Source: a bacterium (lineage in GTDB: Bacteria; UBA8248). From it: 64,000 bases of DNA. Numbering within the stretch: the first letter of the stretch is position 1; each line of letters opens with the position of its first letter. Positions 18,569 to 28,399 of the stretch are shown here, piece after piece. Both the position numbers and the translations under genes were made by a program. The notes under the pieces are model-generated. The model was not told where the DNA came from and did no database searches. It saw only the letters and a program-made list of their open reading frames with translations. Where the stretch lies: the NCBI GenBank assembly GCA_965213685.1, contig CBDBZY010000029.1, positions 1 through 64,000 on the forward strand, written 5' to 3'.

Positions 18569-19060
18569 TCATCGCGCCTGCCTGTCACGCAGTCGAAGCG
18601 CGCGAACCAGCGGTGCTTCGCACGACATCAATCGGACAGGCTCCGTGCGCGCATGGAACCGGACGCGATTGGATTTTTCCTTCAGCATGTTTAGTTCATG
18701 TTTTCGCCTATTGCCGGATACGACAACAGGGCGGAATCTGACTGGCTCGTTCTGAGGAATGAGTCTCTCGGCGGCGCAGGCGCCCTGTTGTAGTTGTCTG
18801 ATGACCTGAGCGGCATGCAGCCTTCCCCGTTTCAGCTCGAGCGGAACGACCCAGCCGCAGTCGTCCGCACCTTGGGCAACCAAGAGGTAGTCGCAGCGCG
18901 TCTCGGGCGCCGCCAACGGGGACCCAGGCTTGTCGAAATCGACGATCAACCTGGGTGCGGGTGCGCCGGTCATCACAACCTTGCACCCTCCCTTGTTCAA
19001 TTTCTTGACAAGGCACTTGGGGTCGAGCGCGCGGCGAACCTTCTGCACCAACCCCGTCAC
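18569..19060 (-). CDS. Hypothetical protein with a PD-(D/E)XK nuclease-like motif
   Basis: GTG start overlaps the ATPase stop (GTGA at 19057-19060); RCDYLL...PLELKRG...QVIRQLQ motif; 163 aa, basic. Confidence 0.7.
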   Translation of the reverse strand: MTGLVQKVRRALDPKCLVKKLNKGGCKVVMTGAPAPRLIVDFDKPGSPLAAPETRCDYLLVAQGADDCGWVVPLELKRGRLHAAQVIRQLQQGACAAERLIPQNEPVRFRPVVVSGNRRKHELNMLKEKSNRVRFHARTEPVRLMSCEAPLVRALRLRDRQAR

Positions 19061-20574
19061 GAACCGGCCCCGATACGACTTGACAACTCGGCCCAATCGT
19101 TATGGAGCGCGGCGGCGACATCAGCGAAGTCGGAGGGATAGAGCCCCGACTCGTCGAGACCGATCCCGGTCACCACCGACCCTTTGGGGCGCCGCTTCGG
19201 CTGAAACAGCCAGGCGCCTACCTGGTCCGGACGGAGCGCGACATCACCGTCCTTAAGATGGCCTTCGGGAAGCTGGGAACGCCGCACGATGTTGGCGAGC
19301 TCTTCGAGCAGCCACTCGCTGTGGGTCGTGACGATCACCCGTACGCCCGCGCCGACGAGCGCCGCGAGCTGGCGGGTAAACTCGACCTGCATGGCCGGAT
19401 GCAGATGCGACTCCGGCTCCTCGATGATCAGCACGTTGCCGGGTTCGACCATGTGACGGAGATACAGCACCACCGGAGCGAGCTCCGAAACCATGGACGA
19501 GGCGTTCATCAGGGGCAGATCGTCCCTCCATCCGTCCGGCCGATAGGTGAAGCGCGGGTAGTTGACTGCGGCCGACCTGTCAACGCCCACCGACCCGCCG
19601 AGAATGTCTTTTTCGATGCTCGCGCCGAGATCATGTGCGCGTCTGCGTCTGCTTCGCGGACGCCGGGGGAGATCGACTTCGATGAGTTGTTCGAGAAAGT
19701 CCGCCAATACCCCCGAGAGTATCGGCGTAGGGTCCGTCGGACGGAGGCCCTCCATCGGCGCTCTTTTGATCAAGGCGCTGACCACCACGCTGTGGGCGTG
19801 CATCACGCCGGTTCGATCCGCGGGAAGATAGTACGCGGGGAGGGACACGGGACTGGTGAGGCGAGGCAGGACCAGGTTGCTCAAGGCCCCCTTCAACCTC
19901 CGGAGTTCATAGTCCCGCCTTTCAGCCTCCGATTCTTTCACGTTCAGCCGGCGCAGTAATTCTCTCATCTCCTCGTCATCCTCGGAGTTAATCCGTACCG
20001 GGATTTCCTCGGGGATTGTCGTCTTGGACTCGATGGCCTTTCTCGCGAGCGTCAACTGGTGCTCGAAGCGCGCAGAGTCGCTCGACGTGCGCCGCCGCAG
20101 TGCGACCCGCGCGCCCTTGCTCTTTCCTCTCCGAATCAACGCACCGGCGTCGTCGATACCGAAACAGCGGCAAATTTCACGGCCAAGCGCATCCCGACCA
20201 TTATCGAAGCCGGAACGAAACAAATCCGCGACCGCAGGCGGCAGGAGGACACCCTGTTGGCCTGGCGGTTCTTGAATATCTCGAAGCAACATTTCCACTG
20301 TTTTGACAAGAGCGGCGATGGCTGCCTCGGACAATTCCATCGTTTCCAAACCGAGGTGCCCCGGATAGATCCTGTAAAATAACCGGGGGAAAGGTTCTGC
20401 GGCACCACTAAAGAACCGATGCAGTGCGTAGATCAGGATCGCCAGATAAGACTTCCCCGTGTTGCTCGGCCCGACGAACACCGTTAGCGGACGCAGATCG
20501 ACCGTGGCCTCGATGATCGGTCCGAAATCCGCCACTTCGAGTTCAAGAGTCTCTTGCGTGGGTGCGTCGTTCAT
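19057..20574 (-). CDS. ABC/SMC-like AAA ATPase (AAA_15/AAA_21 type)
   Basis: DFGPI, Walker A GPSNTGKS, YLPADRTG, signature-like ASSMVSEL, Walker B LIIEEPESHLHP, H-loop TTHS. Confidence 0.9.
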   Translation of the reverse strand: MNDAPTQETLELEVADFGPIIEATVDLRPLTVFVGPSNTGKSYLAILIYALHRFFSGAAEPFPRLFYRIYPGHLGLETMELSEAAIAALVKTVEMLLRDIQEPPGQQGVLLPPAVADLFRSGFDNGRDALGREICRCFGIDDAGALIRRGKSKGARVALRRRTSSDSARFEHQLTLARKAIESKTTIPEEIPVRINSEDDEEMRELLRRLNVKESEAERRDYELRRLKGALSNLVLPRLTSPVSLPAYYLPADRTGVMHAHSVVVSALIKRAPMEGLRPTDPTPILSGVLADFLEQLIEVDLPRRPRSRRRRAHDLGASIEKDILGGSVGVDRSAAVNYPRFTYRPDGWRDDLPLMNASSMVSELAPVVLYLRHMVEPGNVLIIEEPESHLHPAMQVEFTRQLAALVGAGVRVIVTTHSEWLLEELANIVRRSQLPEGHLKDGDVALRPDQVGAWLFQPKRRPKGSVVTGIGLDESGLYPSDFADVAAALHNDWAELSSRIGAGS

Positions 20575-20741
20575 GCTCTCCGCACTCCCCTGTCAAGGCC
20601 GCCGGCCTCGTGATCAGAGCCTGCGCTGGCAGGTTTTACTCCTTTTTCCTTCTTATTCGGGTTTCTCGCTGCGGTCAAGCAACTCGCGCGGCGCTCCGGG
20701 GGCTGTCTCCGCAGGCGCGCGACACCCCCGACGGCGCGCGG

Positions 20742-21743
20742 CTAGTCGAGTTCTCCGAGAATCCGGATCGCCCGCCGCACGTCCTCTTCCGCCGCCTCGT
20801 CCGGCACCCGGAAGAGCGGCTGCGTGACGCCCATCTCCCGAAGGGCGGCCAGCGCCTCGCCGCACCTGGACCGGGGGCCGCAAATGCTGAGCGCATCCGC
20901 CAGGGCGTCCGAGACGGCCGCCCCCACCGCCCGGCGGCCGCCCCTCCTCCAGGCCTCCCGAATGTTGTCGGCGTCCCGGCCATAGCCCCAGCGCGTGAGC
21001 TGGGCGTGGTAGTAGTCGCCCATCGCGCCGATGTAGAAGCCGAGCTCCGGCTTCACGAGGGCGCGCGCCCGGTCCACGTCATCGAAGGGCGCCGCGTAGA
21101 TGAAGGGGGCCACGTCAACTTCCGAAAGCGCCCTGCCCGCTCCCCTGGCGCCCTCCTCCAAAATGCCGATCGCGTCCCGCGTCCTGGAGAAGGGGATGCA
21201 AAACGGAATCCAGCCATCGGCGATCTCCCCGGTCAATCTCGTATAATTCGGCCCGTTCGCTCCCAGATAGATGGGCAACCGCTCCTGCGCCGGCCCGCGC
21301 CGCAACCGGAAGCCGCGCATCCGGTAGACGTCGCCCTCCAGCTCCACCCGCTCTCCGCGGAACGCCTGGCGCAGGGCGTCCACCATCTCCCGCGTGCGCT
21401 TCAGGGGACTGCCGAAGGGCACCCCGTGCCAGTTCTCGATCACCGCGCGGCCGCTCGAGCCGATTCCCAGATGGAACCGCCCGCCGCTCAGGACGTCGAG
21501 CTCCGCCGCCGTCTGGGCCATGAGGCCCGGGCTTCTGCCATATACGTTGAACACGGCCGAGCCCAGCTGAATCCTGTCCGCCGCCTGTGCCGCCATGGCG
21601 ATGAGGATGCCGCCGTCGCGCACCCATGTTTCGGGAAACCACAGCGAATCCATCCCCGAATCCTCGCACCATCGGGCGAATCGCGGGACTTCCCGCGCGT
21701 CGATGCTATCCTGATGCCACAGAACGATTCCCTTCTTCCCCAT
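20742..21743 (-). CDS. LLM-class flavin/F420-dependent oxidoreductase
   Basis: DSLWFPE, LDVLSGGRFHLGIG, PIYLGANGP and GEIADGW motifs. Confidence 0.9.
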   Translation of the reverse strand: MGKKGIVLWHQDSIDAREVPRFARWCEDSGMDSLWFPETWVRDGGILIAMAAQAADRIQLGSAVFNVYGRSPGLMAQTAAELDVLSGGRFHLGIGSSGRAVIENWHGVPFGSPLKRTREMVDALRQAFRGERVELEGDVYRMRGFRLRRGPAQERLPIYLGANGPNYTRLTGEIADGWIPFCIPFSRTRDAIGILEEGARGAGRALSEVDVAPFIYAAPFDDVDRARALVKPELGFYIGAMGDYYHAQLTRWGYGRDADNIREAWRRGGRRAVGAAVSDALADALSICGPRSRCGEALAALREMGVTQPLFRVPDEAAEEDVRRAIRILGELD

Positions 21744-21795
21744 GAACGATCCCCTCTTTCATGTGACGGGGCACCGGACGCCGGAAGTTTTCCGC

Positions 21796-21824
21796 TTGAC
21801 AGACGGCGGCGTCTTCCCTATAAA
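21796..21824 (+). promoter_or_regulatory. Sigma70 promoter of the DEAD-box helicase
   Basis: TTGACA-17-TATAAA, close to consensus. Confidence 0.65.
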
Positions 21825-21931
21825 GGCTCCCCGTGAGAATTATCAGCTATCCAGGGAGCATCATACGCTCCAAAAACAAGGAAAATCACCCCGAGAGTCA
21901 GTCTCCCCGCCAGGTTCCGGAAGCCGCTTCC

Positions 21932-23524
21932 ATGCCAACGGGAACCGATTCTGAGAAGAGCGGCCTCGCATCCGCCTCCAGCAAACCCGCCGAATCTCGG
22001 CAAAAACCGGAAAATCCGACGTCCAGGAATGCGAGCCGTCGGCGCAGACGCCCCCGGAAAAAAACCCGCAATGGAGAAGCCTTGCCCACGCAAAACGCAA
22101 CCCGAGCAGCATCGAACGAACAACGGCGACAAAGCGCCCCCGCACTTTCCGCGAACCAGAGAAAGCGAAGGCGCCGGAAAAAGAAAACGGGGACGTCCGG
22201 GCCGAAAGCCGCCAGCGCCTCCTACAACGGCGTGACCTATCAGAAAGACGCCGCCGCCCTGGGACTCGGCGACTTCGACGTCAGCGCGGCGCCCGAGGGC
22301 TTCCGGGCGCTCGGCCTCATGCCGGAGCTGCTTCGGGGCATTCACGCCATGGGATTCGAAACGCCCACTCCCATCCAGAAGGAGGTGATCCCCGCCGCGC
22401 GGGAGGGGGGGGACATCATCGGCTGTGCCCAGACGGGCACGGGGAAAACCGCCGCGTTCGCCCTGCCGACGCTCGAGCGTCTGCAGACCGGCTCGGGCAC
22501 CCGGTGCCTCGTCCTCACTCCCACGCGAGAGCTGGCCATTCAGGTTTCGGAACAATTCCACCGGCTGGGGAAGCACCTCAAAACCTCGTGCGCCGTCATC
22601 TACGGCGGGGTCGACTACGAGCCGCAGTTCCAGGTGTTCCAGGACAACGTGGACGTCGTCGTGGCGACGCCCGGCAGGCTGCTCGACCACCTGAAGCGAA
22701 AATCCGTCCATTTCCGAAAATTGCGGACCCTCATCATCGACGAGGCCGACCGCATGCTGGACATGGGCTTCGCCGAGGAAATCACCGACATCCTCAACCG
22801 CCTGCCGAAAGAGCGGCAGACCATGCTCTTCTCCGCCACCATGCCCCCCAAAATCCAGGACCTGGCGAATCGGGCGGTGACCGACCCGACCCGGATCAGC
22901 ATCTCGCCGCCGTCGACTCCGGCGGAGGGCATTCACCACGGCGTCTATCCCATCAGCATGGCGAACAAGCCCCGGGGGGTGCTGCGCATCATCCAGAAGC
23001 ACGAGGCGACCAGCGTCCTGATTTTCACGAGGACGAAGGCGGGAGCCGACCAGCTCTGCGGGTTCCTGGAAAGGGAGAAAATCCCCGCCGTCAAGATACA
23101 TTCGGACAGAAGCCAGCGGCAGAGGGAGCGCGCGCTGTCGGGGTTTCGCCAGGGGAGGCACCGCATTCTCGTGGCGACGGACATCGTCTCGCGCGGCATC
23201 GACGTGACGGGCATCTCGCACGTCATCAACTACGACGTGCCCGAATATCCCGAGGACTACGTGCATCGCGCGGGCCGCACCGCGCGGGCGGGCAGCGTCG
23301 GCTACGCCATGACGCTTATGTCTCCGGGCGAGATCACGCCCCTCAAGAACATCGAGCGCTTTATCGGCAAGGCACTGCCCAGGGTCGGCCTCCAGGGTTT
23401 CTCGGACGACGTCCACCAGCAAAACCTGGCGGATGCGCCCAGACCCCTGCGCGACCAGCCCGCCGTCGCGCGGTATGACCGGCTTCGCAAGATGCCGCGC
23501 CGAACGGGCCTGTCGCTGCGCTAG
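21932..23524 (+). CDS. DEAD-box RNA helicase (RhlE-like) with a basic N-terminal extension
   Basis: Q motif PTPIQ, AQTGTGKT, PTRELA, TPGR, DEAD, SAT and HRAGRTAR motifs. Confidence 0.95.
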   Translation: MPTGTDSEKSGLASASSKPAESRQKPENPTSRNASRRRRRPRKKTRNGEALPTQNATRAASNEQRRQSAPALSANQRKRRRRKKKTGTSGPKAASASYNGVTYQKDAAALGLGDFDVSAAPEGFRALGLMPELLRGIHAMGFETPTPIQKEVIPAAREGGDIIGCAQTGTGKTAAFALPTLERLQTGSGTRCLVLTPTRELAIQVSEQFHRLGKHLKTSCAVIYGGVDYEPQFQVFQDNVDVVVATPGRLLDHLKRKSVHFRKLRTLIIDEADRMLDMGFAEEITDILNRLPKERQTMLFSATMPPKIQDLANRAVTDPTRISISPPSTPAEGIHHGVYPISMANKPRGVLRIIQKHEATSVLIFTRTKAGADQLCGFLEREKIPAVKIHSDRSQRQRERALSGFRQGRHRILVATDIVSRGIDVTGISHVINYDVPEYPEDYVHRAGRTARAGSVGYAMTLMSPGEITPLKNIERFIGKALPRVGLQGFSDDVHQQNLADAPRPLRDQPAVARYDRLRKMPRRTGLSLR

Positions 23525-23574
23525 CCGAAAAGCGTCCGCCCCAAACGGGGAAAACCCGCCCCCCTACCGCGCGC

Positions 23575-23603
23575 TTGACCTGCCTGTCGATTTTGGCTAC
23601 ATT
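23575..23603 (+). promoter_or_regulatory. Putative sigma70 promoter of the HU gene
   Basis: TTGACC-17-TACATT. Confidence 0.5.
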
Positions 23604-23722
23604 CCAGGCCATCATGGTTTTTGTATTCTATTTTTTGCCGGAAGGTTCTAGACACAGCCCGCCGCCTCTGCAATTTCCTCGGCACCGGCAACACTCGGGC
23701 ACAAAGATGGGAGAACGTTCGA

Positions 23723-23998
23723 ATGCAGAAATCGGACATCGTAGAGAAAATGGCCGCGGACGCCGGAATCTCCAAGGCGGCGGCAGACCGCGCGCTCAGA
23801 TCCTTGATTGATTCCATCACCCAGACGCTCAAGAAAGGGGAGCGCGTCTCCCTCGTCGGCTTCGGCACGTTTTCCGTTTCCAAGCGGGCCGCGCGCCTGG
23901 GCCGCAACCCGAAAACGGGCGAGAGCATCCGCATCAAGGCGAGCAACGCGCCCAGGTTCGTCGCCGGTAAAACCCTGAAGGACTCGGTCAACAAATAA
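23723..23998 (+). CDS. hup: DNA-binding protein HU
   Basis: [11 protein letters not shown]...VSLVGFGTF...[13 protein letters not shown]...LKDSVNK; 91 aa. Confidence 0.96.
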   Translation: MQKSDIVEKMAADAGISKAAADRALRSLIDSITQTLKKGERVSLVGFGTFSVSKRAARLGRNPKTGESIRIKASNAPRFVAGKTLKDSVNK

Positions 23999-24116
23999 TC
24001 AACCATTTTTATTTTTCTATTTTATACGAACGCACTTTTCTGCGAAGAATTGTCGGAATCCGTTGACCGGATCCGGAAGAGGTTTCACGGCGCGAAGCGA
24101 ACAACGGCGAACGAAC

Positions 24117-25235
24117 TCAGGCAAGAAGATTCCCGAGCGCATGGAGGAGGCGCTCATTCTCCGAGGCCAAGCCAACGGTCGCGCGAATCCATTCGGGGTG
24201 CCCGAACGCGCTGCCGGGACGAACGATGACGCCCTCCCGCATCAGCGCCCGGGTGGTGCCGTCGCCGTCGCCCACCTGCACGAAGACAAAATTGGCCTGG
24301 CTCCGAAGGTAGGGGACGTTCATGTCGTCAAACGCCCGATAGAGCGTCTCCTTTCCCTCCCGCACCAGGGCGAGCGCGCGGTTCCTGTACCCATCATCCT
24401 CGAGAGCGGCGAGAGCCGCCGCCTGCGCGAGATGGTTCACGTTGAAGGGCTCGCGCACGCGGTTCATGTATTCGACGACCCCCTCCCGGCTGACGCCGAA
24501 CCCGGCGCGAAGGCCCGCGAGGCCATACGCCTTGGAAAACGAGCGCAGAACCACGAGCGGGAAGCGCTCTATGAGGGATACGCTGTCGGGATAGGCCGGA
24601 TCGTCCACAAAATCGCCATAGGCCTCGTCCAGGAGCACCAGGACGCCCGGGGGCAGCCCCTCCAGGAAGGGGGTGAGCTCCTCCGCGGTCAGTATCCCGC
24701 CGGTGGGATTGTTCGGAGAGCACAGGAAGACGACCTTCGTGCGCCGGGAAAGCCTGGCGGAAACGTCCTCTAGGTTGATTTTCATGTCCCGCAGGGGCGA
24801 GAAAACGACCCGGGCGCCCATCACCCGGCTCACGTGGGCGTAGGGGCTGAACGTGGGCTGCGGTATGACGACCTCCTCCCCCTCGTTGAGAAACGTCCTC
24901 CCCAGGACGGAGAGAACGTCGTCCCCCCCGTTGCCCACGAACACGCAGGATGGCGAAACGCGAAACTTCTCCGCCAGGCGCCCGACCAGCGCTTTCGCCC
25001 CGCCGTCGGGGTAGCGGTGCAGGCCGTCGAGGGCGCGGCGAATCGCCTCCAGCACCCGGGGCGGGGGGCCGAGGGCGTTCTCGTTGCTGGCGAGCTTGAC
25101 GACCCCGCTCAGGCCGAACTCCGCCGCCACATCCTCGATGGAGCGACCCGGCACATAGGCCCGGAGCGAGGAGACGCCCTTGCGCAGGAGGCTCTCCACC
25201 CCGAAAGCCCCATCCCTTTTCTCCGTCCCCGCCAT
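24117..25235 (-). CDS. hisC: Histidinol-phosphate aminotransferase
   Basis: YVPG, KLASNEN, RYPD, PNNPTG, DEAY and RSFSKAYGLAGLR motifs. Confidence 0.92.
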   Translation of the reverse strand: MAGTEKRDGAFGVESLLRKGVSSLRAYVPGRSIEDVAAEFGLSGVVKLASNENALGPPPRVLEAIRRALDGLHRYPDGGAKALVGRLAEKFRVSPSCVFVGNGGDDVLSVLGRTFLNEGEEVVIPQPTFSPYAHVSRVMGARVVFSPLRDMKINLEDVSARLSRRTKVVFLCSPNNPTGGILTAEELTPFLEGLPPGVLVLLDEAYGDFVDDPAYPDSVSLIERFPLVVLRSFSKAYGLAGLRAGFGVSREGVVEYMNRVREPFNVNHLAQAAALAALEDDGYRNRALALVREGKETLYRAFDDMNVPYLRSQANFVFVQVGDGDGTTRALMREGVIVRPGSAFGHPEWIRATVGLASENERLLHALGNLLA

Positions 25236-25454
25236 CGCTTCGCAACCCTCCACAGGCGCGCGCCGCCCCTTCTTCCCCATCGTCCGCTCCCCGGTCAGCG
25301 GAGGCGCGCGACCGGCAGCCCCGCATCCCCGCGCAGGCGAATGCCGTCATACGCCATGGGGCGGGAAATGTCGATGCGGGATGATCACCGCGTTGCCCTC
25401 GGGAGAGAAGGCAGGCTACAATGCGGCGGACCATGCACGGGACGGAGGCGCATC

Positions 25455-26303
25455 TTGAGCGACGCGCGGCGAGACGTCAAACTTCAAAGGCTGGAGCAGA
25501 CCCTGCGGGAGATGGGGAGCGTGCTCGTCGCGTTCTCCGCCGGTGCGGACAGCACCTTTCTGGCGAAAGTGGCGCATCGGACGCTGGGGGTGCGGGCGGT
25601 CGCCGTCACGGGCCGCTCCGTCACCCTCGCCGCATCCGAGCTGCGGGAGTCCCGAACGCTCGCCAGCCAAATCGGGATTCGCCACATCATCGTGGACACC
25701 GACGAGATAGCGGATGAGTCTTTCGGAAACAATCCGCCCAACCGCTGCTATTTTTGCAAGAACGAACTCTACTCGGTTCTCCGCCGCGTGGCCGTGCGGG
25801 AGGGGGCGGCCGTCATCGTCGATGGCTCGAACGCCGACGACGTCGGGGATCACCGGCCCGGCATGGAGGCGGCGCGAGAGCTGGGCGTGCGGAGCCCGCT
25901 CATGGAGGTGGGCATGACGAAGGCGGACGTTCGCGCCCTCTCGCGCTCCCTCGGGCTGCCCACCTGGGACAAGCCGGCCCAGGCCTGCCTGTCGAGCCGC
26001 TTTCCGTATGGAGACCGCATCACGCCCGCGAAAATCGCGCAGGTCGAAGCGGCGGAGAGTGCCCTGCGGGAGCTGGGCTTTCGGCAGTTGCGGGTGCGCC
26101 ACCACGGCGCGGTCGCGAGAATCGAGGTGCCCAGCGGCGACATCCCCCGCCTGCTCGAGGAGGAGACCACCCGAGAGGCGATCGGCCGCATCAAGGAGGC
26201 CGGCTTCACCTACGTGACCATCGACATGGAAGGATTCCGCTCGGGCAGCATGAACGAGGCGCTCCGCTCCGCCCGCGGCTCCGACCTGCTCATCCTCTCG
26301 TGA
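25455..26303 (+). CDS. larE: ATP-dependent sulfur transferase LarE (NPN cofactor), CXXC-C type
   Basis: TTG start after GGAGG; PP-loop AFSAGADS, RCYFCK, DHRPG, PTWDKPAQACLSSR, RVRHHG and GFRSGSMN motifs. Confidence 0.93.
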   Translation: MSDARRDVKLQRLEQTLREMGSVLVAFSAGADSTFLAKVAHRTLGVRAVAVTGRSVTLAASELRESRTLASQIGIRHIIVDTDEIADESFGNNPPNRCYFCKNELYSVLRRVAVREGAAVIVDGSNADDVGDHRPGMEAARELGVRSPLMEVGMTKADVRALSRSLGLPTWDKPAQACLSSRFPYGDRITPAKIAQVEAAESALRELGFRQLRVRHHGAVARIEVPSGDIPRLLEEETTREAIGRIKEAGFTYVTIDMEGFRSGSMNEALRSARGSDLLILS

Positions 26304-27058
26304 ACCCCGACTTCCTCCTCGACCTCCTCGGGCAGGTGCGAGAGGGCCGCCTCGCCCCGGAGGGGGCCGCCGCCCGCCTGCGGGACCTGCCGTTCGAGGA
26401 CTTGGGCCACACGCGGGTGGATCACCATCGCGCCCTGCGAAACGGCTTTCCCGAGGTCATCTTCGGCCCCGGAAAAACCACCGAGCAGGCCGTAGAGATC
26501 GCCCAAAGCCTGATGGCGAAAGAACAGGCGGTTCTGCTCACGCAGGCGGGCGCGGAGCAGGCCGAGGCCCTGCTCGGGCTCTCGCCCCGGGCGCGTCACC
26601 ACGAAATCGCCCGCATCGTCGAAATCCCGCCCGAAAACCCGCCCGCACCCGTCGGCCTCCTCGCCGTGGCGTGCGCGGGAACGTCCGACATCCCCGTGGC
26701 CGAGGAGGCGGCCGTGACGGCGCGCATCCTGGGCTCGGAGGTGACCCGCGTCTATGACGTGGGCGTGGCGGGTCTGCACCGCCTCCTGGCAGAGGTCGAA
26801 ACTCTGCGTCGGGCCAACGCCATCATCGCCGTGGCGGGCATGGAGGGCGCGCTCCCCTCGGTGGTCGCGGGCCTCGTGGCCTGCCCCGTCGTCGCGGTGC
26901 CCACATCGGTGGGCTATGGCGCGAACCTAGGCGGGCTGACGGCGCTTTTCGCCATGCTCAACTCCTGCGCCTCCGGCCTCAGCGTGGTGAACATCGACAA
27001 CGGCTTCGGCGCGGCCTGCCAGGCCCACCTCATCAACAGGCAGGCGGCCCTCCCGTGA
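26300..27058 (+). CDS. larB: Nickel-pincer cofactor biosynthesis protein LarB (PurE-like carboxylase/hydrolase)
   Basis: GTGA overlap with larE; DHHR..RNGFPEVI, AGTSD, DVGVAGLHR, AGMEGAL, PTSVGYG and VVNIDNGFGA motifs. Confidence 0.95.
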   Translation: MNPDFLLDLLGQVREGRLAPEGAAARLRDLPFEDLGHTRVDHHRALRNGFPEVIFGPGKTTEQAVEIAQSLMAKEQAVLLTQAGAEQAEALLGLSPRARHHEIARIVEIPPENPPAPVGLLAVACAGTSDIPVAEEAAVTARILGSEVTRVYDVGVAGLHRLLAEVETLRRANAIIAVAGMEGALPSVVAGLVACPVVAVPTSVGYGANLGGLTALFAMLNSCASGLSVVNIDNGFGAACQAHLINRQAALP

Positions 27059-28323
27059 AGACGCTATACTTCGACTGCTTCGCCGGCGCGTCGGGGGACA
27101 TGCTCTTGGGCGCGCTGATCGACCTGGGCCTCGACCTGGCGACGCTCGAGGAGGAGCTGCGCAAGCTGGCGGTCGAGGGCTATTCGCTATCCGCCGAGAA
27201 AACCCTCAAGCAAGGGGTGAGCGCCCGAAAATTTCGCGTGCGCCTCTCCCCCTCCCCGGAGCCGCTCCACCATCACCGGGAGGAGGACTCCCGCCGGGAG
27301 GAGGACTTCCCGCCCGCGGGCGGCCACGGCCGCTCCTACGCGCGCATCCGCGAAATCCTCGAGGGCGCGTCCATCCCCGAAACTCCCAAGGCGCGCGCCA
27401 TCTCCGCGTTTCACCGTCTGGGGACCATCGAAGCCGAAATCCACGGCGTCGGCATCGAGGACATCCACTTCCACGAGGTGGGCGCGGTGGACTCCATCAT
27501 CGACATCACAGGCTATTTTCTGGGCCTCCACATGCTGGGCGTCGAGCGGGTGGTGGCCTCGCCCCTGCCGGTGGGGCGCGGATACGTGGAATGCGCCCAC
27601 GGACGGATGCCCGTCCCCGCGCCCGCGACGGCGAAGCTGCTCGAAGGCGTCCCCGTGGCGGAGGGCGACCTCGAGGGCGAGGCGCTGACGCCCACGGGCG
27701 CCCTGCTCCTGCGCGAGAGTGCGGAGTTCTTCGGTCCCGTGCCCGCCATGACGATCACCGGGGTGGGCTACGGGGCGGGCGACAGGGAGCAACCGCGCGT
27801 CCCCAACCTCGTGCGCGCCTTCCTGGGGGAGAGCGAACCCGCCCCGCCGAGGGGCGGCGACCGCCCTCCCGCGACGATCGCCGTGCTGGAGGCCAACGTC
27901 GACGACATGCGCCCGGAACTTTTCCCCCACGTCATCGAGAGGGTTCTGCGCGCAGGCGCGCTGGATGCGTTCTCCACGCCCATCACGGGCAAGAAGGGCA
28001 GGCCCGCGCAGTTGCTCACCATCCTGTGTCCGCTGGAGAGGCAGGAGGCGCTCACCCGACTCCTCTTCCGCGAAACGTCCACCCTCGGCGTTCGCCACCG
28101 CAGGCAGCGGCGCACCGTCGCCGGGCGCAGGTGGGTGGAGGTCGACCTCCCGTGGGGACGGGTGCGCGTCAAGCAGGGCATCTTCGAGGGCGGGGTCGTG
28201 AACCTCGCCCCGGAATACGAGGACTGCAAGCGGCTGGCGGAGGAGAGCGGCGTCCCCCTCAAGGAGGTGATCGAGGCGGCCGCCGCGCGCGCCCGGCAAA
28301 CACCGGAGGGGCGCTTGCCGTGA
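27055..28323 (+). CDS. larC: Nickel insertase LarC (single ORF)
   Basis: YFDCFAGASGDM, His-rich insert, HFHEVGAVDSI, HGRMPVPAPAT, EANVDD, KKGRP, ETSTLGVR and PEYEDC motifs. Confidence 0.95.
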   Translation: MKTLYFDCFAGASGDMLLGALIDLGLDLATLEEELRKLAVEGYSLSAEKTLKQGVSARKFRVRLSPSPEPLHHHREEDSRREEDFPPAGGHGRSYARIREILEGASIPETPKARAISAFHRLGTIEAEIHGVGIEDIHFHEVGAVDSIIDITGYFLGLHMLGVERVVASPLPVGRGYVECAHGRMPVPAPATAKLLEGVPVAEGDLEGEALTPTGALLLRESAEFFGPVPAMTITGVGYGAGDREQPRVPNLVRAFLGESEPAPPRGGDRPPATIAVLEANVDDMRPELFPHVIERVLRAGALDAFSTPITGKKGRPAQLLTILCPLERQEALTRLLFRETSTLGVRHRRQRRTVAGRRWVEVDLPWGRVRVKQGIFEGGVVNLAPEYEDCKRLAEESGVPLKEVIEAAAARARQTPEGRLP

Positions 28324-28399
28324 GCGTTCGTCCCGCCGTCCGACGACGCGCGGGTTGCCCGTCAGAACCCGGCGGGAACCACCCGGAGGACAGGGTGCG

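Noticed and set aside
27055-28323. Programmed frameshift in larC
   Set aside because: Both LarC domains are in one continuous frame here.
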